This document shows, one piece after another, positions 1 through 13,255 of a DNA stretch of 64,000 nucleotides (position 1 is its first letter; each line of letters starts with the position of its first letter). The stretch covers positions 17,050,001 through 17,114,000 of the forward strand of contig NC_043009.1 of NCBI RefSeq assembly GCF_006345805.1, written 5' to 3'. Source of the stretch: Octopus sinensis (taxonomy: Eukaryota). The notes below the pieces were generated by a model. That model was given only the letters and a program-made list of their open reading frames with translations. It was not told where the DNA came from and searched no databases. The translations under genes were made by a program, and so were the position numbers.

Positions 1-519
1 ATATATATATATATATATATATATGATGGACTTCTTTCATCTGATCAATCAAATCCACCAGATTATAGTAGAAGACCCATACCCATATACTCTTTTACTC
101 TTTTACTTGTTTCAGCCATTTGACCGTGGCCATGGTGGAGCACCACCTTTAGTCAAGCAAATCAACCCCAGAGCTTATTCTTTGTAAGCCTAGTACTTCA
201 ATCCTCATGATAAACTTAGATGATCAGATGACAGCTACATCCATCTCATATGTAACAACAATAATGCCCAGACACTGAATGACTGCATACAACATAGTTT
301 TGTCCCTCTGTACACATCACAGATAAGGGCTATCTGAAAACACTTACATGCCTGCAGAGCACGGCTGGCCCTAGGGTTGCTGGTGCCCTAGGAAAACTGA
401 ACTTTGATGTGTACAAGCTGATGGTTGTGGAAATTTCCTAGTCTTTGTCATGCCATAGTGCCCTGGGCAACTGCCTGAGTTGCTGGTACCTTGAGTTGGT
501 CCTGCCACAGAGTTTCTCA

Positions 520-790
520 AACATGTTGTCCTTGGTAGCACTGCCACGCTAAGGAATTTTTAGAAGTTGTCCATAGTCATCCCCTAGTTGGAAGTCTTCT
601 GAAACAGACCAGTCACCTTGTTTCCAATGACATCCAGAACTTCTCCGAAGACGCCATTGCTCTTTCCCCACTACTAATTCTCTTTAGGTTGCAACAGTGG
701 AACTTACAACAATCCCATTGCTTGCCTGGGGTCTGATGACGTTCTAGATGCCAAGTGCCATTTCTTCATCTAAACTTCACCCAGGAATGT
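520..790 (-). mobile_element. Possible piggyBac transposase fragment
   Basis: Minus frame EVLDVIGNKVTGLFQKTSN*GMTMDNF resembles the piggyBac (T/M)DNFF catalytic motif. Short and degenerate. Confidence 0.35.
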
Positions 791-814
791 AGCTTTATAA
801 AAGAAAGACATACT

Positions 815-1213
815 TTATGCGTGGCTGTGAGGTAAGAAACTTGCTTCCCAACCAGATGGTTCTGGGTTCAGTCCCACTGAGTGGAACCTTGGGCAAATGT
901 CTTCTCCTATAACCTCAGGCCAACTAAAGTCTTCTGAGAGGATCTGGTAGATGGAAACTGAAAGAAGCCCCATCGTATATGTATATATATATGTATATGT
1001 TTGTGCGTGTCTTTGTGTTTGTTGCATCATTACTTAACAACTGGTGATGGTGTGTTTACATCCCTGTAACTTAATGGTTTGGCAGAGACCAATAGGATAA
1101 GTACTAGGGTTAAAAAATACGTCCTGGGGTTGAATTGTTTGACAAAAACACTACAAAGCAGTGCTCCAGCATGGCTACAGTCAAATGACTGAAACAAAAG
1201 AAAGAATAAAAGA
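815..1213 (+). mobile_element. SINE family A copy
   Basis: Colinear with the reverse complement of 46257-46660. Confidence 0.9.
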
Positions 1214-3082
1214 GTGCTCCGCATCCAGTAACCTTTGGTGGTGGTGAAGCTTGCATATGTCTGCATCAGCAGCTGTAGTATGCCCAACTTGCCACACAGA
1301 TGGTACTGGCAGTTAATGAACCCCACCTGTTCTATGAAATATATTTCTTTCACAAGAAGCTAAAGGTCAGACATTCCAGCCTGAAACCTAGAACAAGCTA
1401 TGGTAGTCAAGCAATAAATGATAATGATAGAGATGATGTGGGCATTTGCCATCTCAATCTGACCTTTCAAAGATAGCTTCCTCTCAGCTCATTTCTGGGC
1501 AAAACTGGTCCACCTGTACATTGCTCCATCCCAGTTCGGATACACCTGGAGATTGTCCCACCATATCATTTGACAACATCAACCTGCCTCTCCACTCATG
1601 AAGCTGCAAGCCCACCAGCATATCTGGTTGCTTTCTGACCCAGCTACTGCCTCTCATTTTTTCAATTATGTAGTTTGTCTTTGTCACAGGTTAGTAACCA
1701 AATAGCAATTGGCCATGTTATTTAAGAACCAATACATTTTCTACATAATATCATATTTCTTAAAAATGTGAATTTTCTGAATCGTTGGAGGGATGAAGAA
1801 AATGCCTATTAAGTTACATGGCACTTTACATTCTGAGTTCAAATCTTGCGATGTCAGCTTTGTCTTTCATGCTTCAGGGATCAATAAAAGAATGTCCCAG
1901 TCAAATTCGGCTCATATACCTGTCCTCCAAGTCTGAGGGATGTACCTATATTAGAAAACAGTTTATTAAATTTCTACTTACTTTATTACTTTTTATTTTG
2001 ACAACAGCTACGTTGTCTAAAAATAATGGTATTTCCCAAAAAACTTTGGGATGTTTTCCCCATGCTACAGTTTGAACAATCTTGGGGCAAGATCTGTAAA
2101 CTGGAGGTTCTTGATCTGTAAAAAAAAAAAAGTATCAACAAATGTTCAAACTATTGTGAAATTTAATACAATTTGATTTCAATTATAAATCCAAATTCAA
2201 GATGACATAAATGGAACCATTGTTCTGGCTATTTCTGGGAAGTATATTTGACCACCCCACTTCAGAGACACTTGCAACAGCCTCACTTCACTATTTTGTT
2301 TCTTGCAAGCCATGTTACTGCCAGGTGAGTTGGTCAGAAGGAACTAAGTTTTTTAACCAGATCACAGAACCAAAGAATTTATGACAGCTACCACATCAGC
2401 ATATTATTCCTCATTTTATTATAATATCTAGTACCTATCAATTTAGCTGTTAGATTGTTATTTTTGGTGGCTAATCCTAAGTGAACCATGACTGAGAAGA
2501 CCAATGATCAAAGGGATTCCAATTAGGATCAGTTTGTCTCCCTTTTTCAGACACAGTGAATCTATAATTAATGTCTCTTCCATTTCCTTTGTCTTTTTAA
2601 AGATAGTTGGGACTAATTTGACAGTAAGACATGGTAGAACTTGGTAAACGACATAAATGAGAGAATACAAATTTATAAGTATCCATTTGAGAAGTAAAAT
2701 TCTTATCAGTTTGGCTGAGTTACTGCAACCAACAGATGAATGAGAGATCAAATCTTACTTGTGGCATTTCATTGTCTGCTTAGACAGGGACAACGGTTTT
2801 ATTTTAACTACTAACACAGAAAGAATAAATAATTATCAGATCCATAAATATAGAAATTTGAGTTAAAATATTATAAAAATATAAAGTAAACGTTGATAAA
2901 ATTTGAACAAGTAATATGATGAAAATAATGGTAAATACCCAGACTATGGCTAATTCATTGAATTCTGTAAGTTATTAATGTTGACAGAGTAATAGTTAAT
3001 TATATTTAATTTTAATTCTCTAAACCTAACAACATAGCCAACATTGACAGATAAGAGAAAACAATTCAATACCAATACATAC

Positions 3083-3325
3083 CAATGGCTTCAATGGTCA
3101 GATTACATTTAACTATATCTCCTGATTTGCTCTTCACATTTAGATGAAGAACAGTTTTGCCAGCTTGGAACAGTACAGTGGATCTTTTAAAGTCTGCCCA
3201 TGTCTCTTCAACTGTCCAATCGACTGCATTCTCAATATGTGGCATAGCAATAGCAATGTAACTCTTTCTCTTAGGTAGAACTTGTTGTATGTTGGCTGGA
3301 CACTGGATACCATTGACAATGGTTA
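3083..3325 (-). CDS. Coding exon, HYR (hyalin repeat) domain; absent from the supplied ORF track
   Basis: Pyrimidine tract with ctaag acceptor and gtatgt donor, 243 nt, phase 1-1, no stops. (L)TIVNGIQCPANIQQVLPKRKSYIAIAMPHIENAVDWTVEETWADFKRSTVLFQAGKTVLHLNVKSKSGDIVKCNLTIEAI(D) fits the HYR pattern I-x-C-P-x-N-I ... F-x-x-G-x-T ... C-x-(F/L)-x-(V/I)-x-(V/A)-x-D. Confidence 0.85.
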
Positions 3326-3759
3326 CTTAGAATAGAGAAGAAATGAAACATATAAAATTATTTCGAATAAAACAGGGAAAACCTTACTTTTTAGCATGTG
3401 TGTTCTAAACTATAAATCTCATTTTTTGTGCCTCCATCTGCATTCAGTTTTAACTGGTCTATTTTCAGTCTTAAGATTTCATATTTCTTTTGTCTTATAT
3501 TTTAGTTTCAAATAAAAGAGAAATGTTCATAGCTACTTAAGGCATTTTGAGATTGCAAGATATAGTCAGCTGATTAAAATTAAATCTGTTATATTTAGTT
3601 TCAATTTTTTGCATGTCTGGTGGTAGAGGAAAGGTGCCAAAGGAAAGGAGTTCAAGAGGATGCAGTGACAGGAAGTAGAACAATGGGAAATGGTATAAAA
3701 CTAAGACTTTAAACCACTGAGTAACAACAAGTGGTTGAAGAATATTCAAAGATGAAGAC

Positions 3760-4907
3760 TTGCCAATTAAGCAGATGATTTTTTTTCTTATGCAAGCAAG
3801 AATCTCCAACCCGGATTTCAGAAATAACAACTTCTACCGACTTTGGCTCAAAGTCTCCCTTCCCTATTTTTCAACATCCATCTTCTGGGTTTCACATCTC
3901 TCTCTCTCTCTCTCTCTTTCTTTCTCTCTTTCTCTCTCTCTCTCTCATAATTTCCAACAGTTTTTTGCCCAACTCACTTCCTGCATTGAAGACATTGATC
4001 TCACCCTGCCTTTTACTAAAATAAGGACATTACTTTTGAGGACTTCAAGGGATATAGTTTGTCCTGGGCTTTTCACTCATTGCAGAGTGAAGCTGGTAGT
4101 GCAGAAACTAAATCCTTTGCTACCTTTAATAAAAAGAAATGTCACTTACAATTCATATGAAACATTTAAGTAGATGAGCAAAACTATTCTTCTATGGAGT
4201 CTCGCTTCACATACTTCACACAACCAAAGCTCTTAACTCCAAAACCTGCAACTAGTTTATCATGAGCTGAAACAACATTCTTAGGCTTGCGTGACTTCCT
4301 TCAGATCATTCAATTCCATATTGAAAGAAGAAAGACATGTTGGACTTTAAAAGATGGGATGGTCATGGGTGGAATGCTTTCCATCATGGATCTGCTAATT
4401 TATGGTTAACCCACAACTCAACAACAACAAGTTTACCTGTATCAGTGCTACAGCTTTACAGGTAAATAGCGTTGTCTACAAGAACTAGAATTCACTTTCT
4501 AGGAGTCTTTTACCTATCACTACAGCTCCTACTGAAAAATCAAAAGATTTAGCATGAAATGCAAGTTTTCATGCCTATTAAAAGCCTTTTGATCCACAGA
4601 AGAAAATTCCACTCAACCAACTTCTTCACTCAATCATCCTTCTTCACCAAGATGGCTCTGTTAGCAGCACATTTACTGAGAAATCTTCAAGCATTTGCTA
4701 AATGCTTCACCTCTAATTCTACAATGCTTGCTCTCAATAAAGTTCCTTTCGAATTCCTCCTCTCCACATCACCAACCTCATCACCATACCATATACAGAC
4801 AGTCACCATGGAGGAAAGGTTTCTAATTGCTTGATGTCAGCAAGGTGACTAGTTATGACAGCTTCTCTTTCATAACACCTATCCATGCCAGACTCTTCAC
4901 TCTCTCA

Positions 4908-4948
<41 letters not shown>

Positions 4949-4952
4949 CCTA

Positions 4953-5025
<73 letters not shown>

Positions 5026-5290
5026 AGAACGATGACATTGTGTGTTCCATGCCAAAGAGGGATAGCTTCTTTCACCCTGTAAACCACAAACCTATTCATT
5101 TCAACATCTCAGAAACAGAAACAATTGGGAGCCATTACTTCATCTGTAATATCATTTCTCTCCCCTCAGTAATCACTGGTATACATATCTTTCATAGGAT
5201 AAAAAACTTACTGTCTTATGTCTTTCACTACTTCTTCTTGTCTTTGAAATCTCTGGTAAAAGCATTTGATAATAGTAGTATGCTGAATGA
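3760..5290 (+). mobile_element. Degenerate CR1/L2-like LINE fragments split by (CT)n
   Basis: Weak RT-like motifs VCSMPKRDSFFHPVNHKPI (cf. PxPKK..PxNYRPI) and SLVKAFD. Confidence 0.4.
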
Positions 5291-5375
5291 AACTCATTAG
5301 GCATATATGCAGCTGGACAGGGGCATGTAGTATGATCATCTCTGTATAAGAGTGTACAGAGTTAGCCACGAAACA

Positions 5376-5600
5376 TGTTATATTGTCAGAGACGATATAT
5401 GATGTGTGTGCGTGATTGTGTAACAATATATCAATTTGCCAAATATAACCGTATAACAATAAGCAATGTAACAAGAGGTGGTTGTCTTATTATAAGAGAT
5501 CATGCAATAACAATCCAATACTCCAACGCAGAATTAATGAGACTAATGCTCCCACAGTTCGACCTCAACTGTCTACTGGCTCATCAATTTATGAGACTCA
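5376..5600 (-). repeat. 3' LTR of the Gypsy element (shared 225-bp core)
   Basis: TG...CA-bounded direct repeat of 9643-9867, roughly 80-85% identical by eye. A purine tract (AAAAGAGGAGA on minus) lies at 5632-5642. Confidence 0.9.
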
Positions 5601-8600
5601 TCCAGTCTTATTTATTTATTTTTTCCCCATATCTCCTCTTTTAAGGGAAAAAAATCAACTCTAAATGGAGTTCAATACGTCTTCCTCTTTGGTTCAACCA
5701 TTAAAGGATCTGGAAATTTCTTCTTTCTAGTACTAGAACGTGTGTGTCAGTTTTATCTGGTAATGGTACTTCAAACACAGTGTACATAAAATCCATCAGT
5801 TCTTTAGTTCTTTTATTATTATCCTTGGTGTATCTTTTTCTTAACTAGTTTGCAGGTCTTTTGAAATCAAACCCTTCCTCTTTAGCTTTTTTAACCATAC
5901 AGATCATTTTCCCAATACTATTACAAATAATACCTTCCTCCCATGATTGTTTTTCATATTTGTGTTTTTAAAAAGCACTTCTTCACTTACTTTATAATTT
6001 TTTGGCATAGCACTTTTGTCATTGTTATTCCAAGTTTTTTTTTTTTGCTTGACAACAGTTTGTTGAATATGGACTTAGTCTTTCTCATGAACATTAGTTC
6101 AACTGAGGATTTACCCAATGGTGTGTTTGGGTTTGGAGTAACTCTATATACCCTTAGAAATTTTATTAATGCCAGGTCACCAATCCTTCCATTGTCCACT
6201 TTTCTTAATGACCTCTTGAACGTGTCTATGAACTGTTCCACCCAAACATTTGACTGTGGGATATATAGTGACATGGTTATATGATCAATTTGGAACATCT
6301 GGCAGAAATCTCTGAATTGAGATCCTGTAAACTGTGTCCAATTATCGAACACAATGGTATCTGGTATACCATATCAAGCAAATATCTCAAGGAGAAAATC
6401 AATTATTGCAGAGGACATAGGATGTCTACAGTTACATACTTCCGGCCATTTTGTGTAGCTTTCCACTACTACAAGAAAATAATTTCCATATAGTAGGCCT
6501 GCAAAGTCTATGTGAAACCTCGACCGTAGTCTCTCAGCCTTTGGCCACAGGTGATAACTGACAGTAGGGGATTTCATTGTCAGAGCAGAGCATAAGATTT
6601 TCAGTATCTTTATCCATCTTCAGCCAATACACATAGCTTCTCATAACTGCTGTCATGCACGACATTCTTAGATGTCTAATGTGAAAATCTTTCGGGTTTC
6701 CTTTTTGCAGTTTAAATGGCACTACAATCCTCTGTGCAGACATTAGATTGTTGTCACATACAGAATATGAGTTCAAATTTAAATTTCAGTACAGTATGTA
6801 TTTACTTTATTTTCTTTCAAGTTGACTTTCATTTTATTCATAAAGTCATCTTTCGGTGCTTTGGCTTTGATTTCTTTGAAGGTTACAGGCAATTCATTAA
6901 TCACATTACACAAAATGTTTTTATTTCCATTTCAGCTCTTCACAATGCAATCAAACTTTCTTCAAATGGTTCAAAATTTTTAGGTATTCACCTGGATAAC
7001 CTGTCTGTATGGCTGAACTTTTTTGAGGGGAGGCATTCTATTTTGAAATTATAGTTCAACAAAATGATTCCACATCTCTGCAATCTATTGGCAGTATGTG
7101 CTTGGATGCCCTTCTTAGAGCCAAATATAGTCAATAAGGGGCGACAAGCAGTTTGCAGACAAAACCTTCTGTCATTGATGAATTTATGGAACTTTTTTAC
7201 AACATAAATAATTGCCAAAGCTTCTTTTTCAGTCTGGCTGTAATTCCTCCCAATGGGCAATAGTGTACATGATGCATTGTGCTACGGTTTTTGTATTACC
7301 ATTTTCATACTTATGCAAAATTACCACTCCGATGCCATGTTTACTGGCATCTGAAGCTGCTATAATTTCCTTTTACAGATCATAGGTAGCTCAAAAGTTA
7401 GTGTATCTTTTAACTGTTTGAAGGCTTCTTGGCATTTTTGTGTCCAATTCCATTTCATTCCTTTCATTAGCAGGTAATTTAATGGTGCATGCAAGTTATG
7501 AATATTAGGGATGTTAATTTGGTAATAATTCACCAAACCCAAAAATGCTTGTAATGCCACTATATTCTTTGGCAGGGGCATATTTTTAATTGCTGATGCC
7601 CTGGAAGGATCCAGACACTGACCCTTTCTATTTATGATTTGCCTCAAATATCTAATTTTAGGCAAAAATGAATCACACTTACCTGCGCTCAGTTGGAGCC
7701 TGAATTCACTTAGTTTTTTAAAATCCTTTTTCCACATGTTGCACATGCAGACTTCTTGATTCCCTCCTAATCAATATTTCATCAAACACCGCTAGTGCAA
7801 TTTTTACGCCAAATGGTAACCTCTTGTATTGATACAGTCCTTTATGTGTGTTAATTGTTTGATATTTGGAGCATTCATGGTCTACTCTAATTTGTAGATA
7901 CATGTCAGAGAGATCTAATTCAGAAAATATCCTTGCCACCATTTAATTTCACAAATATGTCCTCTAGAGCAGATAGTGCATAGTTAAACATTTTAAGACA
8001 TTTATTTAACACACTCTGATTTTATTATTCTTTTTCTTAATGTACACAGTTGGTGATGCCCATTGAGAATATTCCACTTTCTGGATAACTCCAATTTTTT
8101 CTAGTATCTCTTAGTTTATCTTCTCAAAAACTGTGTATGGCACATTTCCTTTTGGTTTAAAAATTGGTACTGCATTCTCTTTTATCTCAAATTTTGCTTT
8201 TGTTTTCAAACATGCACCAAGTTCGTCTGGAAGGGATTACTTTCTTTAATTCTTCTTGCAATTTGTCTGAGTCAGTGTTAGCACTTGTGCCTGTGCCTAT
8301 TACATTTTTTTTAATAGTGGTTAATGGATAAATCCCAGAGATCGAATGTCTCCAACCGATTCATTCCAAATAGGTTATTGGTATTATTTAGCACATAAGC
8401 CTTTGCCTTTATTGTTTGCTTTTGCCTCAGAAAGTCACATTGCAATTGAATTCACCTCTAAACAATAATTTCCTTCCTGAAACACCTCTCGCAGCTTTTG
8501 TAGTTTTACTTAGTTCTGGTTTACTTAACACACTCCATGCTTTGTCATTCAATATAGTTATATCATTCCCAGTATCGAGTTGTAATCTGATGTTTGTTCC

Positions 8601-9642
8601 AGTTATTTTTATGTTTACAGACTTTCTATGTATTTCATTATTCTTATCATTTTCAGATACACTGAATACATTTTATTATGTTACCTGTATGCATCACTTT
8701 TAGATTCTTTCCTTATTTTTATGCAACAATGAGAATCCAAAAATATAACCTTGAAAACCACACTTGAAATGTTTAAGTATTTTGAACAGACAGTCATACT
8801 GGTCATGTATTTGACCACATCTCATGCACAGATCCACTTTACACTTTCTAATGATTTTTTTTTTTTGCCTTATAGCCTGTATGTTTGATACATAATGTTG
8901 CTGTGTTCTCTCAGTGTCATGTTTAAGCTTTACTATGTTAGCAGTCTTCTAATATCTGTTGAAGAGTAATACCCTGGTTCTGTTCTAGCTTAGTCAATAT
9001 CCTTGTGTGAATTTCTGAATCCTGCTGTGTTATTAGTCCTTGAATGAATATCAGGCACTTAAACATATCCATTGTTAGTTCCTTTAATTTGAACTTTTCA
9101 GACACACACTTTCTATTCTGATATATACAATGAAGTCATCCTCTACATTTTCCATCAAATTTAAACAGGACCATCTCATACTGAACAAAGATCTTTTTTT
9201 TCACTAAGAATTTTTGATAGTGTGCTTATTCTGTCTTGAAATCATAAATCTCCAGTTTTGGGGGTACTATGTAATTAATATACTTTTCATGTTCCACTCA
9301 TGCCAATTTTCTTTGCAAAAGTCTAGTTTTCTGGTGTTCTTTCCAGTCTGAACATTTATTCTTGAATATTTCCTCAAATCAATTACAATAAGCAGCAAAT
9401 GTGACATCTTCATCCAGATTATATCTAAATTCATCGATGAAGCTTGTCAATAAATCTAGTGTAAATGCATTTGTAGCATTTTTCATTTCCTTGAGGAGAA
9501 TCTGTAAAACTTCGTATTGCTGCTTTTGCAACTCTATCGCAGCTGGTAGTAATTCTTCCATGATAAACAACAAGATGAATTTTTTGTTCTCATAAACAAA
9601 AAATATATAATTGACAATACTTGAATACTTCTCGACACCAAC

Positions 9643-9867
9643 TGTTATATTGTCAGTGACGATATATGATGTGTGCGTATGCATAACAATACATCACAGT
9701 ACCAAATATAACTGTATAACAATAAGCAATGTAACAAGCGTTGGTCATCTTATTATAACTATTTGCATGATAACAATCCAATAGCCCCAACACAGAATCA
9801 ATAACGAGATTAATGCTCACACAGTTTGACGTCAATTGTCTATTGGCTCATCAATTTATGAGACTCA
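9643..9867 (-). repeat. 5' LTR of the Gypsy element
   Basis: Direct repeat of 5376-5600, followed on the minus strand by the PBS-like sequence at about 9627-9640. Confidence 0.9.
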
Positions 9868-9872
9868 GTCCC

Positions 9873-10030
9873 ATGCAGGGGTGTCAGTTCTATCTGATAG
9901 ACTTGTAGGGGTGCCATTTCTATCTGATAGACTTGTAGGGGTGCCAGTTCTATTTGATAGACTTGTAAGGGTGCCAGTTCTATCTGATAGACTTGTAGGG
10001 GTGCCAGTTCTATCCGATAGAATTGTAAGA
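9873..10030. repeat. 30-bp minisatellite, about 5 copies
   Basis: Unit acttgtaggggtgccagttctatctgatag repeated at 9901, 9931, 9961 and 9991, with partial flanking copies. Confidence 0.97.
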
Positions 10031-10440
10031 CCCCTCTTCCAAAATTCACTTGTCTGTGATGAACAATACTCCTCCAGTACTGTTCTGACCTTGTCAACAG
10101 AATTCATAATTTTTCAGTCCAAATGATTTTGAAGATTGCAGAATAAATGATAATGAGATGGGGAAATGACTGGCGAATATGGTGGGTGGGGCATTGTTTC
10201 CTATTCAAACTGCTCCATCCTTTGGAATGTCATCCTTGCTGTATGTAGCTGAGGATTATCCTGATGGAAGTTTGTGAGGAACTCACTGACCCAATTTGCT
10301 GACTTTTCCGATGGCACACAGGGGTCAATGAATGGTTGAATGACCAATTCCAAGCTTCTCTGCTAGTTCCTCAATAATTACGATGGGATTTTATTCCACC
10401 AGGCTTTGCAGGATGTCCTCATCTATGCTTGAATGAACAT
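10020..10440 (-). mobile_element. Tc1/mariner transposase remnant with internal deletion
   Basis: Minus translation gives IEELAEKLGIGHSTIH..KVSKLGQ*VPHKL (WVPHxL motif, 10268-10282), then HPPYSP (10171-10188) and NLQNHLD..VLEEYCSSQTSEFWKRGLTILSDR. The catalytic middle is missing. Confidence 0.85.
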
Positions 10441-10749
10441 ATCCTTTGTCAATTCACAAATGAAATAAAAATATCATGAAGTGAGATATTTCGTATGTAA
10501 GCTGGAGTTAATGTTTCCAGCTGGCATTGGAATGGAATATGGTCAAAATAAATATTTGAATTTAATTGTTGAACTCAGAACTCAGTACCCAAACCCAGAA
10601 CCTGAGCATAGAGGGTCTCTGTATCTCTCCTGTTCAATACAAAGAATGCAACAAATATCTAGGTATTGATAAAAATATATCATATGAATAATATTCATGA
10701 TATGTAGTTCACAAATAGAATATCACCTCTGATATGTAAAAATATGACA

Positions 10750-13125
10750 TTTGGAGCTCTCTTCTTACAACAAGCAATATCCCACAACACATTTGCAGTA
10801 CCAGGGCTGATTCCAATATTCAGAATACTTGACTGGTGTGTAGAAGGAATTCACTCCTTCTATATTAAAACCCACAAAACCCTGACGTCACCAGAAGCAG
10901 TGATAATGGGAAGGTTTTCTCTAAGTAGGGACAAAGAGCATAGAAGATTGAAATCAGTTGAGACAGCCTTTGAATGTTGTACAGTATCTCTCAGACAGTA
11001 TAAATTTAAACAATAGCAGCAAAGATAAATATTTAAAGCTAGAGCTGAAAAGAGAAGAGAACAACATCATACAAGTCAGCTGTGAATTCGTCAGAAAGCA
11101 CTCTCTTTCTGACGACATTCCATACAACCCTGGAACAACTGAACAAACATACCACAAAGAAGACATAAATGTGAAATGCTCAGCATACCAAAAATTGTCT
11201 ACGCATGGATATGTTTCCCAAAGACTTGAAGGTGACAGTAATATCCTTTCTACTATAAGCACACAGCCTGAAATTTGAGGGGAGGGGGATAGTTGATTAT
11301 GTGCCACTGGTACTTATTTTAACAACCCTGAAAGGGTGAAAGACAAAGTCGACCTCAGCAGAATTTGAAGTCAGAATGTAAAGACAGACGAAATGCCATT
11401 AAGCATTTTGGCCAGAATGCTAAAGATTCTGCTAGATTGCTGTCTTAAAAATGGCAGTAATATCAACAGCCTTTCATGGACTTGTGACTTTTGCATCACT
11501 TCATACTTCCAAGGCTGTGCGTTTGCAATCCAAGGACAGGAAATTGTCACAAAATGCCTAATAAGCAAAACAGACAGTAAAACTCTTGGAACCTCAAAAT
11601 GCAACCAAACATGTCAATTATGTCACATTTCTGTGGAAGACAAAGGCAATGTGACCAGTAGCTGCCCCTAAATATCATCAAGAAACTACTCTTCCAATGC
11701 AGCATAAAATTTCTAAAACAATATTCAATGCCACCCAGAGAAAAGACTGACCTGAGATAAAAATAGAGAATAACCTCTCTCTTCTTTACTCAACTATCAC
11801 ATCTTGTTATATGTGACTATACCCTTGCACTTAACCATCTCTCTCTTGTTTTCTCTTGCATTTTTGCTGCTTCCCACTCACTCCATCTCTCTCTCTTTTT
11901 CCTCTGGCTGGGTAACCATGTGTCTCCTCTACAGCAGCACACCTATTTCCTGCCCTCATTTTTGATCACTCTCTCTCCCCTCTTGTTTATCCTTTAACTA
12001 GGTAACCAAGTATCTCCTTTATAACAACATACTTGTTTCTGTCCCCTTTCTTGTACCTCTCTCTCTCCCCTCTTGTTTATCCTTTAACTAGGTAACCAAG
12101 TATCTCCTTTATAACAACATACTTGTTTCTGTCCCCTTTCTTGTACCTCTCTCTCTCCCCTCTTCCTCTCTCTCTCTCTCTCTGGGTAATCATGTACCTC
12201 CTTGATAGCAAGACACCTGTTTCTGACTCTCTATTTCTCTGTCACACTTTAACCTTTCATCATCTGACACCAGATCATCTCCTCCTCCAATACCCGCTCT
12301 GTTATAGCAGGACACCTGTTTCTGCCTCTCTATCTCACTCTAACCTTTCATCCCCTGACACAAGCTCCCCTCCTCAAATACTCCTGCACCTCTCAAAATT
12401 CCTTGTTTTGCGAGTTACTTGGTGACCCTGCCAGTGTTGGTACCGCGTAAAAAGTATTAAGTCCCCATTGAAAAGTGGTTGACATTTGGAAGGGCAATCA
12501 TCTGTAAAAATCATGCCTCACCTGTGCTAGTGCTACATTAGAAGCACCGTGTCCACTTTGCTGAGTGATTAGTGTTAGGAAGGGTATCCACATATAAAAT
12601 CCCTGCCAAAATAGACACAGTAGCCTGGGGTAGTCTTCTACCTGGTTGGCTCTTGTTAACTGTCCTACCCATGTATGTATGGAAGACAGGCATTAAACAA
12701 TGAGGATAATGAACCACCCTCTTACTGAACATCAACACAAGGAATGGTGGTGGAACAACCCCCATCAAAATTTCTACCAAGTGTAAACAAAACAGGCCAG
12801 ATATAGTTGTTAAAGAGATTAAAGAAAAACTAGGTACCATAAAAGAGATCTGCTGCTCTTCTGATGTTAATATCTCTTCAAAAATCAAAGAGAAATAGGA
12901 TAACTATGGATAACTTCTTTGAAACCTTCAGCTTCTATACCCTGCTTATAAATTCACATTTATACCAATAATAATTGGTGCACTAGGTTATTTTAGTAAA
13001 TGTCAAAGTGACAATCCGGAAGAGCTAGGATTTTCAGAAAAAGAAGTCAACAATCTAAAATTTACATTACAAGCCGCAAGTTGAACGGTAAAAATATGCA
13101 AGACTTTTCTTAAGTTCAAAATGTG
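10750..13125 (+). mobile_element. R4/Dong-like non-LTR retrotransposon (RLE endonuclease) 3' half, interrupted by SINEs
   Basis: NTFAVPGLIPIFRILDW..SRDKEHRRLKSVETAFEC (RT thumb region), YQKLSTHGY, CQLCHISVED..VTSSCP (CCHC-like knuckle), then at 12740-13125 WWWNNP..NRPDIVVK..FIPIIIGALG..VKICKTFLK (PD-(D/E)xK RLE). Confidence 0.8.
11971..12164. repeat. Perfect 90-bp tandem duplication within a degenerate CT-rich array
   Basis: 11971-12060 is identical to 12061-12150, plus a partial third copy. Confidence 0.95.
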
Positions 13126-13255
13126 ACATTGTTTTTGTTATCAACATTACAATGAAGGAGCTTTGAATCTTTGTTAGAAGCCAGTTCTTTTCTTACAGGA
13201 AGAATTTAAATAATTATAACTAGAAGAGAAGATACATACATGTGTACACAAATGA

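Larger units (their letters stand above)
5376..9867 (-). mobile_element. Ty3/Gypsy LTR retrotransposon (K02A2.6-like), full-length but degenerate
   Basis: Minus-strand fragments in order gag (9379-9684), RT (LDLSDMYLQ..INTHKGLYQYKRLPFG), RNase H (NYSQTEKEALAIIYVVKKFHKF), integrase (H..MRSYVYW, HIDFAG, DNWTQFTG..QSN..VE..TFKRSL). Flanked by direct repeats. PBS-like TGGTGTCGAGAAGT follows the 5' LTR. Confidence 0.95.

Noticed and set aside
2458-2751. 97-aa minus-strand ORF as a candidate next exon after HYR
   Set aside because: The phase-1 frame after the nearest AG hits a stop, and there is no HYR, Sushi or EGF signature.
9873-10030. CRISPR-like regular repeats (also 63457-63735)
   Set aside because: Head-to-tail tandem units without unique spacers, no cas genes, eukaryotic context.
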